The notes beneath the pieces were generated by a model. The model was given only the letters and a program-made list of their open reading frames with translations, was not told where the DNA came from and ran no database searches. DNA of 64,000 bases, taken from positions 1 through 64,000 of IMG/VR virus record IMGVR_UViG_3300017917_001030. One strand, written 5' to 3'. The position numbers and the translations under genes were made by a program. How positions within the stretch are numbered: position 1 is the first letter of the stretch; every line of letters begins with the position of its first letter. Shown in pieces: positions 47,847 to 56,930 of this stretch. The DNA is from a virus.

Positions 47847-48583
47847 ATAGACAAGAATGGATTGCAAAATGTAATGACTGGAAAAATAAGTGGCCTACAA
47901 TTATTCCAGAATATAAAGCAAACAACGAAGACTATGTCTTTAATCTATATGCTGTTTTAGATGCTATTAACAAATATAGCAGACCCGAAGATATTTTAAT
48001 GGGTGATGCTGGTAGCATTAGTTATGCTGGCCCTGTTGCTCTTGAGACTAAGCCGGGGCAACGAATGATCTTCAGTCCAGCTCAAGCGGATATGGGATGG
48101 GCAGTTCCCGCAGCAGTGGGTGTAGCCATGGCTAGTAAACAACCTGTAATTGCTATTGTAGGTGACGGCAGTTTTATGAGTAACGTGCAAGAACTTGCGG
48201 TCATCAAGCAACACAATCTAAATATTAAGTTCTTTATTCTTAACAATGATGGTTATCTTAGTATCAAGAATACACAAAGTAAATACTATGATGGTCGAGT
48301 ATATGGTACAAGTACAGAAACGGGTATTTGGTTCCCTAGCTTTCACAACATTGCTATGACATTTGGTCTACGTTATGTTGATATGAGATTAGCACATGAT
48401 CTGTTACAGATACCTTTACTTCTAGAAAGTCCAGAACCTATGATTATAGATTGTAAGTGTCTATCATCACAAGAAATTCTACCTGCTCAGGCATTGCGTG
48501 ATGGCAAGCAAGTAGGCTTACATGATATGACGCCCTTCTTACCTGATGATGTTCTAAAACAAGAAATGATAGTGGAGCTATAA
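47843..48583 (+). CDS. ThDP-dependent enzyme, C-terminal ThDP-binding domain (second half of the split gene)
   Basis: MGWAVPAAVG, GDGSFMSNVQEL...LNNDGY (GDG-x24-27-NN motif). Confidence 0.85.
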   Translation: MNRQEWIAKCNDWKNKWPTIIPEYKANNEDYVFNLYAVLDAINKYSRPEDILMGDAGSISYAGPVALETKPGQRMIFSPAQADMGWAVPAAVGVAMASKQPVIAIVGDGSFMSNVQELAVIKQHNLNIKFFILNNDGYLSIKNTQSKYYDGRVYGTSTETGIWFPSFHNIAMTFGLRYVDMRLAHDLLQIPLLLESPEPMIIDCKCLSSQEILPAQALRDGKQVGLHDMTPFLPDDVLKQEMIVEL

Positions 48584-48585
48584 TA

Positions 48586-49356
48586 ATGAAAGTAGTTGTT
48601 ATCGGTGCCGCGGGATTTATCGGCTCATACTTAACAAAACGTCTTACAGAAAAACATCAAGTGTTGCCAGTATACAGAGATACATTTGATGTGTTCGACA
48701 ACCAAACAGTAAAAACTATTCTCGAAACTATTAAACCTGACTACGTGATAAATTGCCTATCGCATGGAGGATACGACTTATCTAGTAATAATTCAGAATA
48801 CTTTTCTAAGAACATGACTTTGTTCTGGAACTTTTATTCTAATCAAGAACATTTTGGTAAGTATATTAATATAGGATCAGGTATTGAAAAAGTAGTAACG
48901 CCTAATTATAATAATGCATATGCTTTCTCAAAGAGAGAGATTTCTAAAATAATTAGAACAAACAATAAGTTTCTAAATTTCTACCTATATGGATGTTTCG
49001 GTAGCCACGAAAAAGATACAAGGTTACTAAAGAGATTTCTTGCAAGCGAAGAGCCGTTCGTTCTAAAGAATGATAGACGCTTTGATTATATCTCGATACA
49101 AGATTTCTATAAGTTTATAGAATATGAATTGGATGGCAAACTTGCAACCGAAACAACATTTACAGAAATAGATTGTGTCTATAATAACAAGATGCTCATT
49201 AGTGAGTTTCTAACTATGTTCTGTGATATAAATAATATTAGAAAGAACTTTATTATTGAATCGACAAGTGATGATGATTACATTGGCCGAAATCCTAACT
49301 TGCATGGGTTGCACCTTTACGGTATTGGACACGGCCTTAAAGAATATATGGCATGA
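48586..49356 (+). CDS. NAD-dependent epimerase/dehydratase/reductase (SDR)
   Basis: IGAAGFIG, GSG, YAFSK. Confidence 0.8.
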   Translation: MKVVVIGAAGFIGSYLTKRLTEKHQVLPVYRDTFDVFDNQTVKTILETIKPDYVINCLSHGGYDLSSNNSEYFSKNMTLFWNFYSNQEHFGKYINIGSGIEKVVTPNYNNAYAFSKREISKIIRTNNKFLNFYLYGCFGSHEKDTRLLKRFLASEEPFVLKNDRRFDYISIQDFYKFIEYELDGKLATETTFTEIDCVYNNKMLISEFLTMFCDINNIRKNFIIESTSDDDYIGRNPNLHGLHLYGIGHGLKEYMA

Positions 49357-50300
49357 AAAATAAAATTGTTTACATTACAGGATGCTTAGGTTTCATTGGA
49401 TACCATGTGACCAAAAAATGTTTAGATGCAGGCTTTTATGTTTTTGGTATAGATAAAAAGACATATGCCAGCAATCTAAATTTTCTCCCAGAACTTCTCA
49501 AATACCCACACTTTAAATTCTTAGAATCCGATATCAACGATATCGAGCGAATTTTAGATTGTGACTACTTTATTAATACTGCCGCAGAAACTCATGTGGA
49601 TAACAGTATTGTAAGTTCTGACGTTTTTCTAAAAAGCAACATTAACGGTGTTCATAAAATACTTGAGCTTATAAAGGTAATGCCTAAAGCTCGTAGACCG
49701 ACACTATTGCATTTTAGTACGGACGAAGTCTATGGAGATATCGCGTCTGGTTTCCATACAGAAACAGATCTACTAAAGCCTAGCAATCCTTATTCTGCAT
49801 CCAAAGCAGCCGCTGATATGTTGGTGCTTGCGTGGGCCAGAACATTTGATATTCCATACGTAATTGTTCGACCAACAAATAATTATGGTATAGGTCAGTA
49901 TGTTGAGAAGTTTATTCCTAAAGCAATTAAGAATCTCACACTAGGTAAACCTATAATGATGCATGACCATGGTACTCCTAGACGAACATGGTTACACGTT
50001 TCAGATACGGCATCTGCAATTATGACAATAGTTAATTCGGGTGTCAAAAATGAGATCTATAATATCTCTGGAAATTACGAAGAACAAAATATTGCTGTCG
50101 CACGAAAAATAATTGACGAATTTTACATTACAACAGAGTATGAATCTTTTATGGACTTTACAGAAAAGAGACAAGGCCAAGATGTAAGATACGCTATAGA
50201 TGACTCTAAATTAAAAGCATTGGGATGGGCACCTGTTGCTGATTTTGATACTGAGCTAAAAGCTATTGTAGATTATTATAAAGAAAATTTTATATGGTAA
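49353..50300 (+). CDS. rfbB: dTDP-glucose 4,6-dehydratase (RmlB/RfbB-like)
   Basis: TGCLGFIG, AAETHVDNS, STDEVYG, PSNPYSASKA, NNYG..Q..EKFIP, R.WLHV.D. Confidence 0.85.
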   Translation: MKNKIVYITGCLGFIGYHVTKKCLDAGFYVFGIDKKTYASNLNFLPELLKYPHFKFLESDINDIERILDCDYFINTAAETHVDNSIVSSDVFLKSNINGVHKILELIKVMPKARRPTLLHFSTDEVYGDIASGFHTETDLLKPSNPYSASKAAADMLVLAWARTFDIPYVIVRPTNNYGIGQYVEKFIPKAIKNLTLGKPIMMHDHGTPRRTWLHVSDTASAIMTIVNSGVKNEIYNISGNYEEQNIAVARKIIDEFYITTEYESFMDFTEKRQGQDVRYAIDDSKLKALGWAPVADFDTELKAIVDYYKENFIW

Positions 50301-50992
50301 AGAAAATTATATCAATTAGCGTATGGGGAAATGATCCTCGCTATATTAAAGGTGCTGAAAGACAGTACGAATTAGCTAAAGAATTCTATCCCGATTGGAA
50401 GTTTAGAATCTATACTGACGATAGAAACAAATTTACGCATCTCAAGGATGCCATGATTGTAGAAGTCACTGACGGTAGTTATGGTATGTACTGGAGATTC
50501 GGCGCAATGTTTGAGGACAGCGAGAACATTGTTATTGTCAGAGATTCTGATAGTAGAATAACTGAGCGAGAAGCGAGAGCTGTTAACGAATGGTTGGAAT
50601 CAGATAAAAAGTTTCATACATTCAGAGATCACGATGCACATTATGAATTTCCTATCATAGGTTGTGCATTTGGTTATAAAGGACGCTTTGATCTTGATAC
50701 GTTTTATCGTATGTTAGATTATAGAAAACGCCTGGACAAATATCTCGGAGATCAACTATTCTTAAGGGATATAATTTATCCTTTGGTTGAAAATAATATG
50801 TTGGTACATTCGATGCATGAAGGATGGTTCGGGGAGACACGAAAACAATTAGTCAATCCTTATGACTTCTGCGGCAACGGATATGATGAGAATGATATGC
50901 CTTTGTATCCACCCACACTTGCAGAATGTAACGGATTCGAACCAAGCAAAGTTTCACCTGAGTTTAAGTTCAACAAAGGTGCACTTAAATGA
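50294..50992 (+). CDS. Hypothetical glycosyltransferase-like protein
   Basis: ISISVWG..PRY..GA, GMYWRF, VRDSDSR, FH..RDH, DQLFL. Confidence 0.5.
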   Translation: MVKKIISISVWGNDPRYIKGAERQYELAKEFYPDWKFRIYTDDRNKFTHLKDAMIVEVTDGSYGMYWRFGAMFEDSENIVIVRDSDSRITEREARAVNEWLESDKKFHTFRDHDAHYEFPIIGCAFGYKGRFDLDTFYRMLDYRKRLDKYLGDQLFLRDIIYPLVENNMLVHSMHEGWFGETRKQLVNPYDFCGNGYDENDMPLYPPTLAECNGFEPSKVSPEFKFNKGALK

Positions 50993-51789
50993 AAAGCTAT
51001 TTTATCGTACCTGTATTCAATAAAGAATTTTTAATTGCAGATGTTTATCTAGGAATTGTTAATTCTGTTACACCCGGTTCCGACTACAAAATAATTTTTA
51101 TTATAGATGGATGTACAGACAATAGTGAGAACATCATTAGAAGTTATAATAATGAAAATGTAATTATATTGCGCGCCGATGATGTACATGAGATACTAAG
51201 TTTGAATATGGGTCTTAACTATATCAAAGACAATCTTGACCCACAATCTGGCGATTTAGTATTTACAGTGCAAGATGACGTTGTCTTGCAGCAACCTAGT
51301 ATTGATAAAGCATTTGAAGGTCTATTCAAAGAATATCCAGACTTAGGTTATGTCAGTATGCGACTTGGTGCTACAATACACGGAAACGCTGACGGCATAT
51401 TTGAATCTGATTTAGTCGAATCTGAATTCGGTCATTGGAAACAACTTGGTATGAATCATTATAGTATGGTTCCATACAGCGCAATAGTAATTAAAGATAT
51501 TGCAGTAAGAAGTCCTACTTGTATGTTATGGGATAGATATGCAGAAGCCGGATTCTATGATGAGAATTTGGCTCCATGTGGTTATGATTGTCATGATATG
51601 AGTATTCGCATGAATAAGCTAGGTTATCGTAATGCAGTATTCGGTCTTAGATACAGAAGTGATGTTGAATGGGGTGGCATGAGAATGAATCCAGATACAA
51701 AGATTAATTCTAGATTCGGTGATATCTACGATAGGAATCGAAAATATCTTGTTACAAAGCATAGTGATTATTTTGAAGGTAAACGATGA
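50989..51789 (+). CDS. Glycosyltransferase family 2
   Basis: IVPVFN, IIDGCTDNS, QDD. Confidence 0.75.
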   Translation: MKSYFIVPVFNKEFLIADVYLGIVNSVTPGSDYKIIFIIDGCTDNSENIIRSYNNENVIILRADDVHEILSLNMGLNYIKDNLDPQSGDLVFTVQDDVVLQQPSIDKAFEGLFKEYPDLGYVSMRLGATIHGNADGIFESDLVESEFGHWKQLGMNHYSMVPYSAIVIKDIAVRSPTCMLWDRYAEAGFYDENLAPCGYDCHDMSIRMNKLGYRNAVFGLRYRSDVEWGGMRMNPDTKINSRFGDIYDRNRKYLVTKHSDYFEGKR

Positions 51790-52523
51790 AATATGAAGAT
51801 ATGACAATAGATCAACTAAGTAAAGAAGAAGTTGAATCTATTAAGGATAGAAATGTTCTTTATAACTTATTTAAGAACTCCTATCAAAATTTACCAGATG
51901 AAGTTAAACAACATCGAGAATATTTTACCCAAGAAGGTAGAGGCTTCGGTGAAGATGCATTTCACGCAATGTGGTATTACATTTTCAAACACTATCAACC
52001 TAAACAAATTTTAGAGATTGGTGTGTTTAGAGGACAAACTCTATCATTGTTTCAGTTGCTAGGGAATCTGTTTAATATAGATGTTAATGTAGTTGGTATT
52101 TCTCCAATGGCATCTATTGGCGATTCTAAATCTAATTATGTTGATATAGATTACGAAGCAGACATACTACAGAACTTTGACCAATTTAATCTAAAGCATC
52201 CTAAACTTGTTCGCGCATTTTCTGCAGATGCTAATGCGAGATATGAGATTAAAACAAATAATTGGGATCTAATTTACATAGATGGAAATCACGATTATAT
52301 TAATGTGTTGATTGACTACTTTAATTGTGTGGATACTCTAAACCAAACAGGTATTATTGTGTTAGATGATTCTAGTCTTTATACAGACTTTAATGTCGAA
52401 GGTGCATTTAGAGGCCATGAGGGTCCATCGACTGTAGTACGAGATATTGTTAGCAAAGAGCTTGATAATTTTATTTCGGTTGGTCATAATAATTGTTTTA
52501 GAATTCCTCCGTATGAAGAATAA
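51786..52523 (+). CDS. Class I SAM-dependent methyltransferase (Methyltransf_24-like)
   Basis: ILEIGVFRGQT, DLIYIDGNHDY, GIIVLDD. Confidence 0.8.
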   Translation: MKYEDMTIDQLSKEEVESIKDRNVLYNLFKNSYQNLPDEVKQHREYFTQEGRGFGEDAFHAMWYYIFKHYQPKQILEIGVFRGQTLSLFQLLGNLFNIDVNVVGISPMASIGDSKSNYVDIDYEADILQNFDQFNLKHPKLVRAFSADANARYEIKTNNWDLIYIDGNHDYINVLIDYFNCVDTLNQTGIIVLDDSSLYTDFNVEGAFRGHEGPSTVVRDIVSKELDNFISVGHNNCFRIPPYEE

Positions 52524-53232
52524 AGTAACAGTAATTACAGCAACAACAGGTTCTCCGTATCTAAGAAAAAATTTAGAATCTGTTGCTGCTCAAACATATG
52601 GCGACGTTCAACATCTTGTTTTTGTTGACGGTGAACACCATATGGATAAAGTTAAACCGCAGTTGGATGGAATAAATGCATCGGTTATAGTTTTACCATA
52701 CGCAACAGGCATTGAACAATACAACGGGCATAAGATGTATGCTGCGGGAACATATCTTGCGAAAGGTGATTACATCTGCTATTTGGATGAGGATAATTGG
52801 ATCGATCCGAACCATGTGGAAAGTCTAATGGCAGTAGCTGACGAAAATAGTTATGCCTGCTCGCTTAGAAAGATAGTAGATTCTGATGGCAAATATATTT
52901 GCAACGATGATTGCGAAAGTCTTGGAAATTGGATTTCGGTTATCAACGACTACTTTGTTGATGTAAACTGTTTCTTTTTTCCTAAACGACTTGCACTACA
53001 ACTAACACCATTATGGTATAGACGTGCAAGACACCCTGATGATCAACCTGAGGTCGATCGTCTATTGACATATACTCTGAGAGAAAATAAAATAGAGTGT
53101 AAGGTAAGTGGTCTGTATACTGTAAACTACAGAGCAGGCAACAGATCAGATTCGGTTCAAGCCCGGTTTTTCTTACAGGGCAATGAAATTATGAAACAAC
53201 GATATAATGGAGTTTTACCATGGGCGAAATAG
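52513..53232 (+). CDS. Glycosyltransferase family 2
   Basis: VTVITAT, SVAAQTY, VFVDG, YLDEDN; ATG at 52513. Confidence 0.75.
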   Translation: MKNKVTVITATTGSPYLRKNLESVAAQTYGDVQHLVFVDGEHHMDKVKPQLDGINASVIVLPYATGIEQYNGHKMYAAGTYLAKGDYICYLDEDNWIDPNHVESLMAVADENSYACSLRKIVDSDGKYICNDDCESLGNWISVINDYFVDVNCFFFPKRLALQLTPLWYRRARHPDDQPEVDRLLTYTLRENKIECKVSGLYTVNYRAGNRSDSVQARFFLQGNEIMKQRYNGVLPWAK

Positions 53233-53552
53233 ATTACAAATACAATGAAGGTGAGCTAATTAGAGAATTGAAAGAATACATTGATTCTACATACGGCCAA
53301 CATTATTCATTGTCCAAATATCAAGCATCTGAATTTATTATTGATAACGGTCACGGTGTCGGCTTTTGTGCTGGCAATGTTATGAAATATGTTCAACGTT
53401 ATGGAAAGAAAGCAGGAAGGAATAGACAAGACCTATTAAAGGTGTTACACTATGCTTTAATGCTGTTGTATGTTCACGATGCAGAAACAGGCGAAGGCGT
53501 TGAAAACGATGAGCCGCAATATAAAGAACCAATCCAATTTCACCCAGTTTAA
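53220..53552 (+). CDS. DUF3310 (SaV-like) phage protein
   Basis: YIDSTYGQHY, GFCAGNVMKYVQRYGKKAG...DLLKVLHYA. Confidence 0.75.
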   Translation: MGEIDYKYNEGELIRELKEYIDSTYGQHYSLSKYQASEFIIDNGHGVGFCAGNVMKYVQRYGKKAGRNRQDLLKVLHYALMLLYVHDAETGEGVENDEPQYKEPIQFHPV

Positions 53553-53567
53553 TACAAAGGATATATT

Positions 53568-54224
53568 ATGCAATTTAGTAATGAAACGATTCAACTATTG
53601 AAGAACTTTGCTGCAATTAACAGCAACATTCTTATTCGCAAGGGTAAGACACTGTCTACAATTAGTACAGCAAAGAATATCTTTGCTAAGGTAACAGTTA
53701 CAGAAGACTTTCCGGTCGAGGTACCTGTTTATGATTTGAACTCTTTGTTGGCGTTGTTGACTTTGATGGAAAATCAAAATGTTGAGTTTGGTGATAAGTC
53801 GTTGACTATCTCTAAAGATAATGGCAAGTTTGAGTATTTCTATTCTAACGCCAGCGTCATTGTTGCAGCACCAGATAAGACGATTGAGATTGATGAACAT
53901 TTCAAGTTCAACCTTTCCTCTGAAGATGTTAATATGCTTATCAAGGCAGCAAATATTACAGCTGCTCCTACAATCTCTGTTATCGCAAAAGATGGCAAGG
54001 TTACATTGGCAGTAGGCGACAAGAAAAACGATACAGCAAATACCTATAAAAAGACTATCGGTGATAGCTCAGAAACATTTGAGTGCCATATGTCTGTAGA
54101 TAACTTCAAGATTGTTCCTGACGCATATGAAGTCACTATCTCTAAGAAGAAGTTGTTCCACTTCAAGCACGCCACAAAACCGCTTGAATACTTTATCGCA
54201 ATGGAGCCGGATTCTGTAGTATGA
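53568..54224 (+). CDS. gp45: Sliding clamp gp45
   Basis: LLKNFAAINSNI, YDLNSLL, YFIAME; synteny with gp44/gp62. Confidence 0.92.
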   Translation: MQFSNETIQLLKNFAAINSNILIRKGKTLSTISTAKNIFAKVTVTEDFPVEVPVYDLNSLLALLTLMENQNVEFGDKSLTISKDNGKFEYFYSNASVIVAAPDKTIEIDEHFKFNLSSEDVNMLIKAANITAAPTISVIAKDGKVTLAVGDKKNDTANTYKKTIGDSSETFECHMSVDNFKIVPDAYEVTISKKKLFHFKHATKPLEYFIAMEPDSVV

Positions 54225-54550
54225 ACACGGCCACTCGCAGATCATTTGCAAAGACCCTAGGTCTTGTTGGTTTGGTTGCAGTAGGAATCGAAGGATATAA
54301 ACAAGCAAAAGAACGCATCGTTTATAAACAAGATGAGATTCCTTCTGCAGAACTTGAACAACAACTTGAAGGCAAGCCGGTTCTTCAGTTGGCAGCAACA
54401 TACGGAAAACCGAAATACAGAAATTCTTTTTATCTTGTTGGAATGGAAGATTATGAAGAAGGTACTCGTAAAGATGTTAAAGTGCAAATAGTACCTGGGC
54501 CTGATGGCAAACTGTATGTCAAGGAAAATGATTCCTGGCGTAAAATTTAA
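54221..54550 (+). CDS. Hypothetical protein with a twin-arginine-like N-terminus
   Basis: TRRSFAK followed by hydrophobic LGLVGLVAVG; ATGA overlap with gp45. Confidence 0.55.
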   Translation: MNTATRRSFAKTLGLVGLVAVGIEGYKQAKERIVYKQDEIPSAELEQQLEGKPVLQLAATYGKPKYRNSFYLVGMEDYEEGTRKDVKVQIVPGPDGKLYVKENDSWRKI

Positions 54551-54565
54551 TATTATGGAGTTGTT

Positions 54566-55507
54566 ATGGAAGTTCGTGAAGATCAATTTTTGTGGGTTGA
54601 AAAGTATCGCCCTCGTAAGCTAGATGAATGTATTCTGCCCGCCGAACAGAAGAAGGTATTCGATGAAATGCTTTCTAAAGGCGAGATTCAGAATATGCTA
54701 TTGTGTGGTGGTGCGGGCATGGGTAAGACCACTATTGCCCGAGCATTGTGTGAAGAACTAGGAACAGATTATATCATCATTAACGGTTCTGAAGAATCTG
54801 GTATTGATGTTCTTCGTAGCAAGATTAAACAGTTTGCGTCTACTGTTTCCTTTAGTGGTAAGACCAAAGTTGTTATTCTTGACGAAGCAGATTATTTGAA
54901 TCCTAATTCTACTCAGCCTGCCCTCCGAGCATTCATTGAAGAATTCTCGGCAAACTGCCGATTCATTTTTACTTGTAACTTTAAAAATCGTATTATTCAA
55001 CCTCTGCATTCTCGATGTGCGGTTATTGAATTTAAGATTGCTAAAGCAGACAAGCCGAAAATTGCAGCATCATTCTTCCAAAGAGTTATTGAAATTCTTA
55101 AGCATGAGCAAATCGAAGCTGACCCTAAGGTCGTTGCTAAGGTAATTGAAAAGCATTTCCCTGACTATCGTCGAATTCTAAACGAACTTCAGCGTTACAG
55201 TTCTTCGGGTAAAATTGACGAAGGTATCTTAGTCAATATGGGCGAAGTTAATATGAAAGAACTTACCCTGGCTCTGAAGGAAAAAGACTGGAAGCGTATG
55301 CGTTCGTGGGTCGTTAATAATATTGACAATGACCCACAAACATTGTTTAGAAAGTTCTACGATACTTTGGCTGACGATGTTGTCCAAGTCCCGCAGCTTG
55401 TTCTGTTGCTTGCAGATTACCAATATAAGTCTGCATTCTGCGCAGACCAGGAAATTAACCTGGTTGCATGTCTAACCGAAATTATGGCTTCGGTACAGTT
55501 CAAATGA
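54566..55507 (+). CDS. gp44: Clamp loader large subunit gp44
   Basis: LWVEKYRP, GGAGMGKT, ILDEAD, SRC, FPDYRR. Confidence 0.96.
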   Translation: MEVREDQFLWVEKYRPRKLDECILPAEQKKVFDEMLSKGEIQNMLLCGGAGMGKTTIARALCEELGTDYIIINGSEESGIDVLRSKIKQFASTVSFSGKTKVVILDEADYLNPNSTQPALRAFIEEFSANCRFIFTCNFKNRIIQPLHSRCAVIEFKIAKADKPKIAASFFQRVIEILKHEQIEADPKVVAKVIEKHFPDYRRILNELQRYSSSGKIDEGILVNMGEVNMKELTLALKEKDWKRMRSWVVNNIDNDPQTLFRKFYDTLADDVVQVPQLVLLLADYQYKSAFCADQEINLVACLTEIMASVQFK

Positions 55508-55770
55508 GAATTTCGGGTATAATTTACGATGTAGAATACCTCGAGCCAGACCAGCTTGGGGGTAATCTGGGCACCGCTGATTTTGATAAACAACGAATTT
55601 GTATCTCAAATCGAGCAACATTTCAAACTAAGCGTATTGCCCTGTTACATGAGACTATACATATATTAGACAGGACATATGGGATTGGTCTGGATGAAAA
55701 ACAAGTAGTTCTTCTTACCCATGCTTTAATTGCGTTAAAAGAGGATAATCCAGATGCAAATATTATTTAA
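55504..55770 (+). CDS. Small HExxH-motif hypothetical protein
   Basis: LLHETIH; ATGA overlap with the gp44 stop. Confidence 0.55.
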   Translation: MRISGIIYDVEYLEPDQLGGNLGTADFDKQRICISNRATFQTKRIALLHETIHILDRTYGIGLDEKQVVLLTHALIALKEDNPDANII

Positions 55771-56053
55771 TACTTTTTCTAATACTATCCAATGGATAAA
55801 GGATGATTGGTCATCTAACCGTTTACGTTTTATTGTTGAGTTGCTTGCTTGGGGTATATCTATCGGATGTTCTATCACCATGGCGCTCACAGTACCCGAA
55901 CCTCCACTTCTCACTTTGTATCCTATTTGGATCAGTGGTTGTGCTATGTACGCTTGGGCTGCTTGGAGTCGTAAATCTTTTGGGATGTTGGCTAATTACA
56001 TTCTGCTCACCACCATTGATAGTATTGGGTTGGTGAGGATGTTGTTATCATGA
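55754..56053 (+). CDS. Small membrane protein (about 3 TM helices)
   Basis: Hydrophobic segments; translationally coupled on both sides. Confidence 0.55.
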   Translation: MQILFNTFSNTIQWIKDDWSSNRLRFIVELLAWGISIGCSITMALTVPEPPLLTLYPIWISGCAMYAWAAWSRKSFGMLANYILLTTIDSIGLVRMLLS

Positions 56054-56493
56054 GTATTTTCGGTGAACCTAAAAAAGAGATCAAAGTAGAGCCCTATAAG
56101 GCGCCTTCGATTTCCCCTTTCGATTTTATAAACTCTATCCATTATACTAAGGAACAGCTAATTGTCGACGATTGGTCTGAGAAACAGTATAATCCATTCA
56201 TTATTAATAAAGGACTTTCCTACGGTGCAGATACGGTAATCCCTGCCAATGAAATGAATTCACGTCCCCACCTGGACAAAAAACTACAATTTTCGTTCTT
56301 AATAAATAATATTAAGCCTCGTAAGAGATTCAATAAATGGATCAAGGCTGAGAAAATTGAAGCGATAGAAGTAATCAAGGAATACTATGGATATAGCACA
56401 GAAAAAGCCCGCCAAGTACTCCCACTTCTTGATGATTCAAAAATTGATTATTTGAGAACAAAACTAATAAAAGGTGGCAGTAATGGCAGATGA
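56050..56493 (+). CDS. gp62: Clamp loader small subunit gp62
   Basis: PFDFINSI, YNPFIINKGLS, ANEMN, RKRFNKW.K, EYYGYS.EKA. Confidence 0.92.
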   Translation: MSIFGEPKKEIKVEPYKAPSISPFDFINSIHYTKEQLIVDDWSEKQYNPFIINKGLSYGADTVIPANEMNSRPHLDKKLQFSFLINNIKPRKRFNKWIKAEKIEAIEVIKEYYGYSTEKARQVLPLLDDSKIDYLRTKLIKGGSNGR

Positions 56494-56914
56494 GATTTTC
56501 CACATTGATTACCCAGGCTACAAGCCGTTGGAGGTAACTTTGGTTCAACCTGACGATTTTTTGAAGGTCAGGGAAACGCTTACCCGTATCGGGGTAGCAT
56601 CACGTAAAGACAAGATTTTATACCAATCGTGTCATATCCTACATAAACAAGGTCGTTATTTTATCGTACATTTCAAAGAGCTTTTTGCGCTAGACGGAAA
56701 AGTTGCAGACTTGACAGATAATGATCTACAGAGACGAAACACTATTGCTAAGTTGCTTGTTGATTGGGGCTTAGTCCAGGTCGTAAATGCAGAGGCATTT
56801 AAGGATATGGCACCGCTTTCGCAGATTAAAGTTATTGCTTTTAAAGATAAGAATGACTGGAATCTACAGACCAAATATAATATTGGCAAGAAAAGACAAG
56901 GTACAGAGCAGTAA
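56483..56914 (+). CDS. regA: Translational repressor RegA
   Basis: DDFLKVRETLTRIGVAS, LYQSCHILHKQGRYFIVHFKELFALDG, RRNTIA.LL.DWGL. Confidence 0.96.
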   Translation: MADEIFHIDYPGYKPLEVTLVQPDDFLKVRETLTRIGVASRKDKILYQSCHILHKQGRYFIVHFKELFALDGKVADLTDNDLQRRNTIAKLLVDWGLVQVVNAEAFKDMAPLSQIKVIAFKDKNDWNLQTKYNIGKKRQGTEQ

Positions 56915-56918
56915 TCTA

Positions 56919-56926
56919 TATAAATA
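56919..56926 (+). promoter_or_regulatory. T4-type late promoter
   Basis: Exact TATAAATA directly after the regA stop. Confidence 0.75.
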
Positions 56927-56930
56927 ATTA

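Noticed and set aside
46833-48583. ThDP enzyme as a frameshifted pseudogene
   Set aside because: The break falls at a domain boundary with an ATGA overlap like neighbouring genes, and both halves keep their catalytic motifs. It is treated as a split gene, though an assembly error is not excluded.
1231-56889. Numerous short minus-strand and alternate-frame ORFs in the supplied track
   Set aside because: They lie within well-supported + strand genes and have no recognisable motifs, as expected for shadow ORFs.
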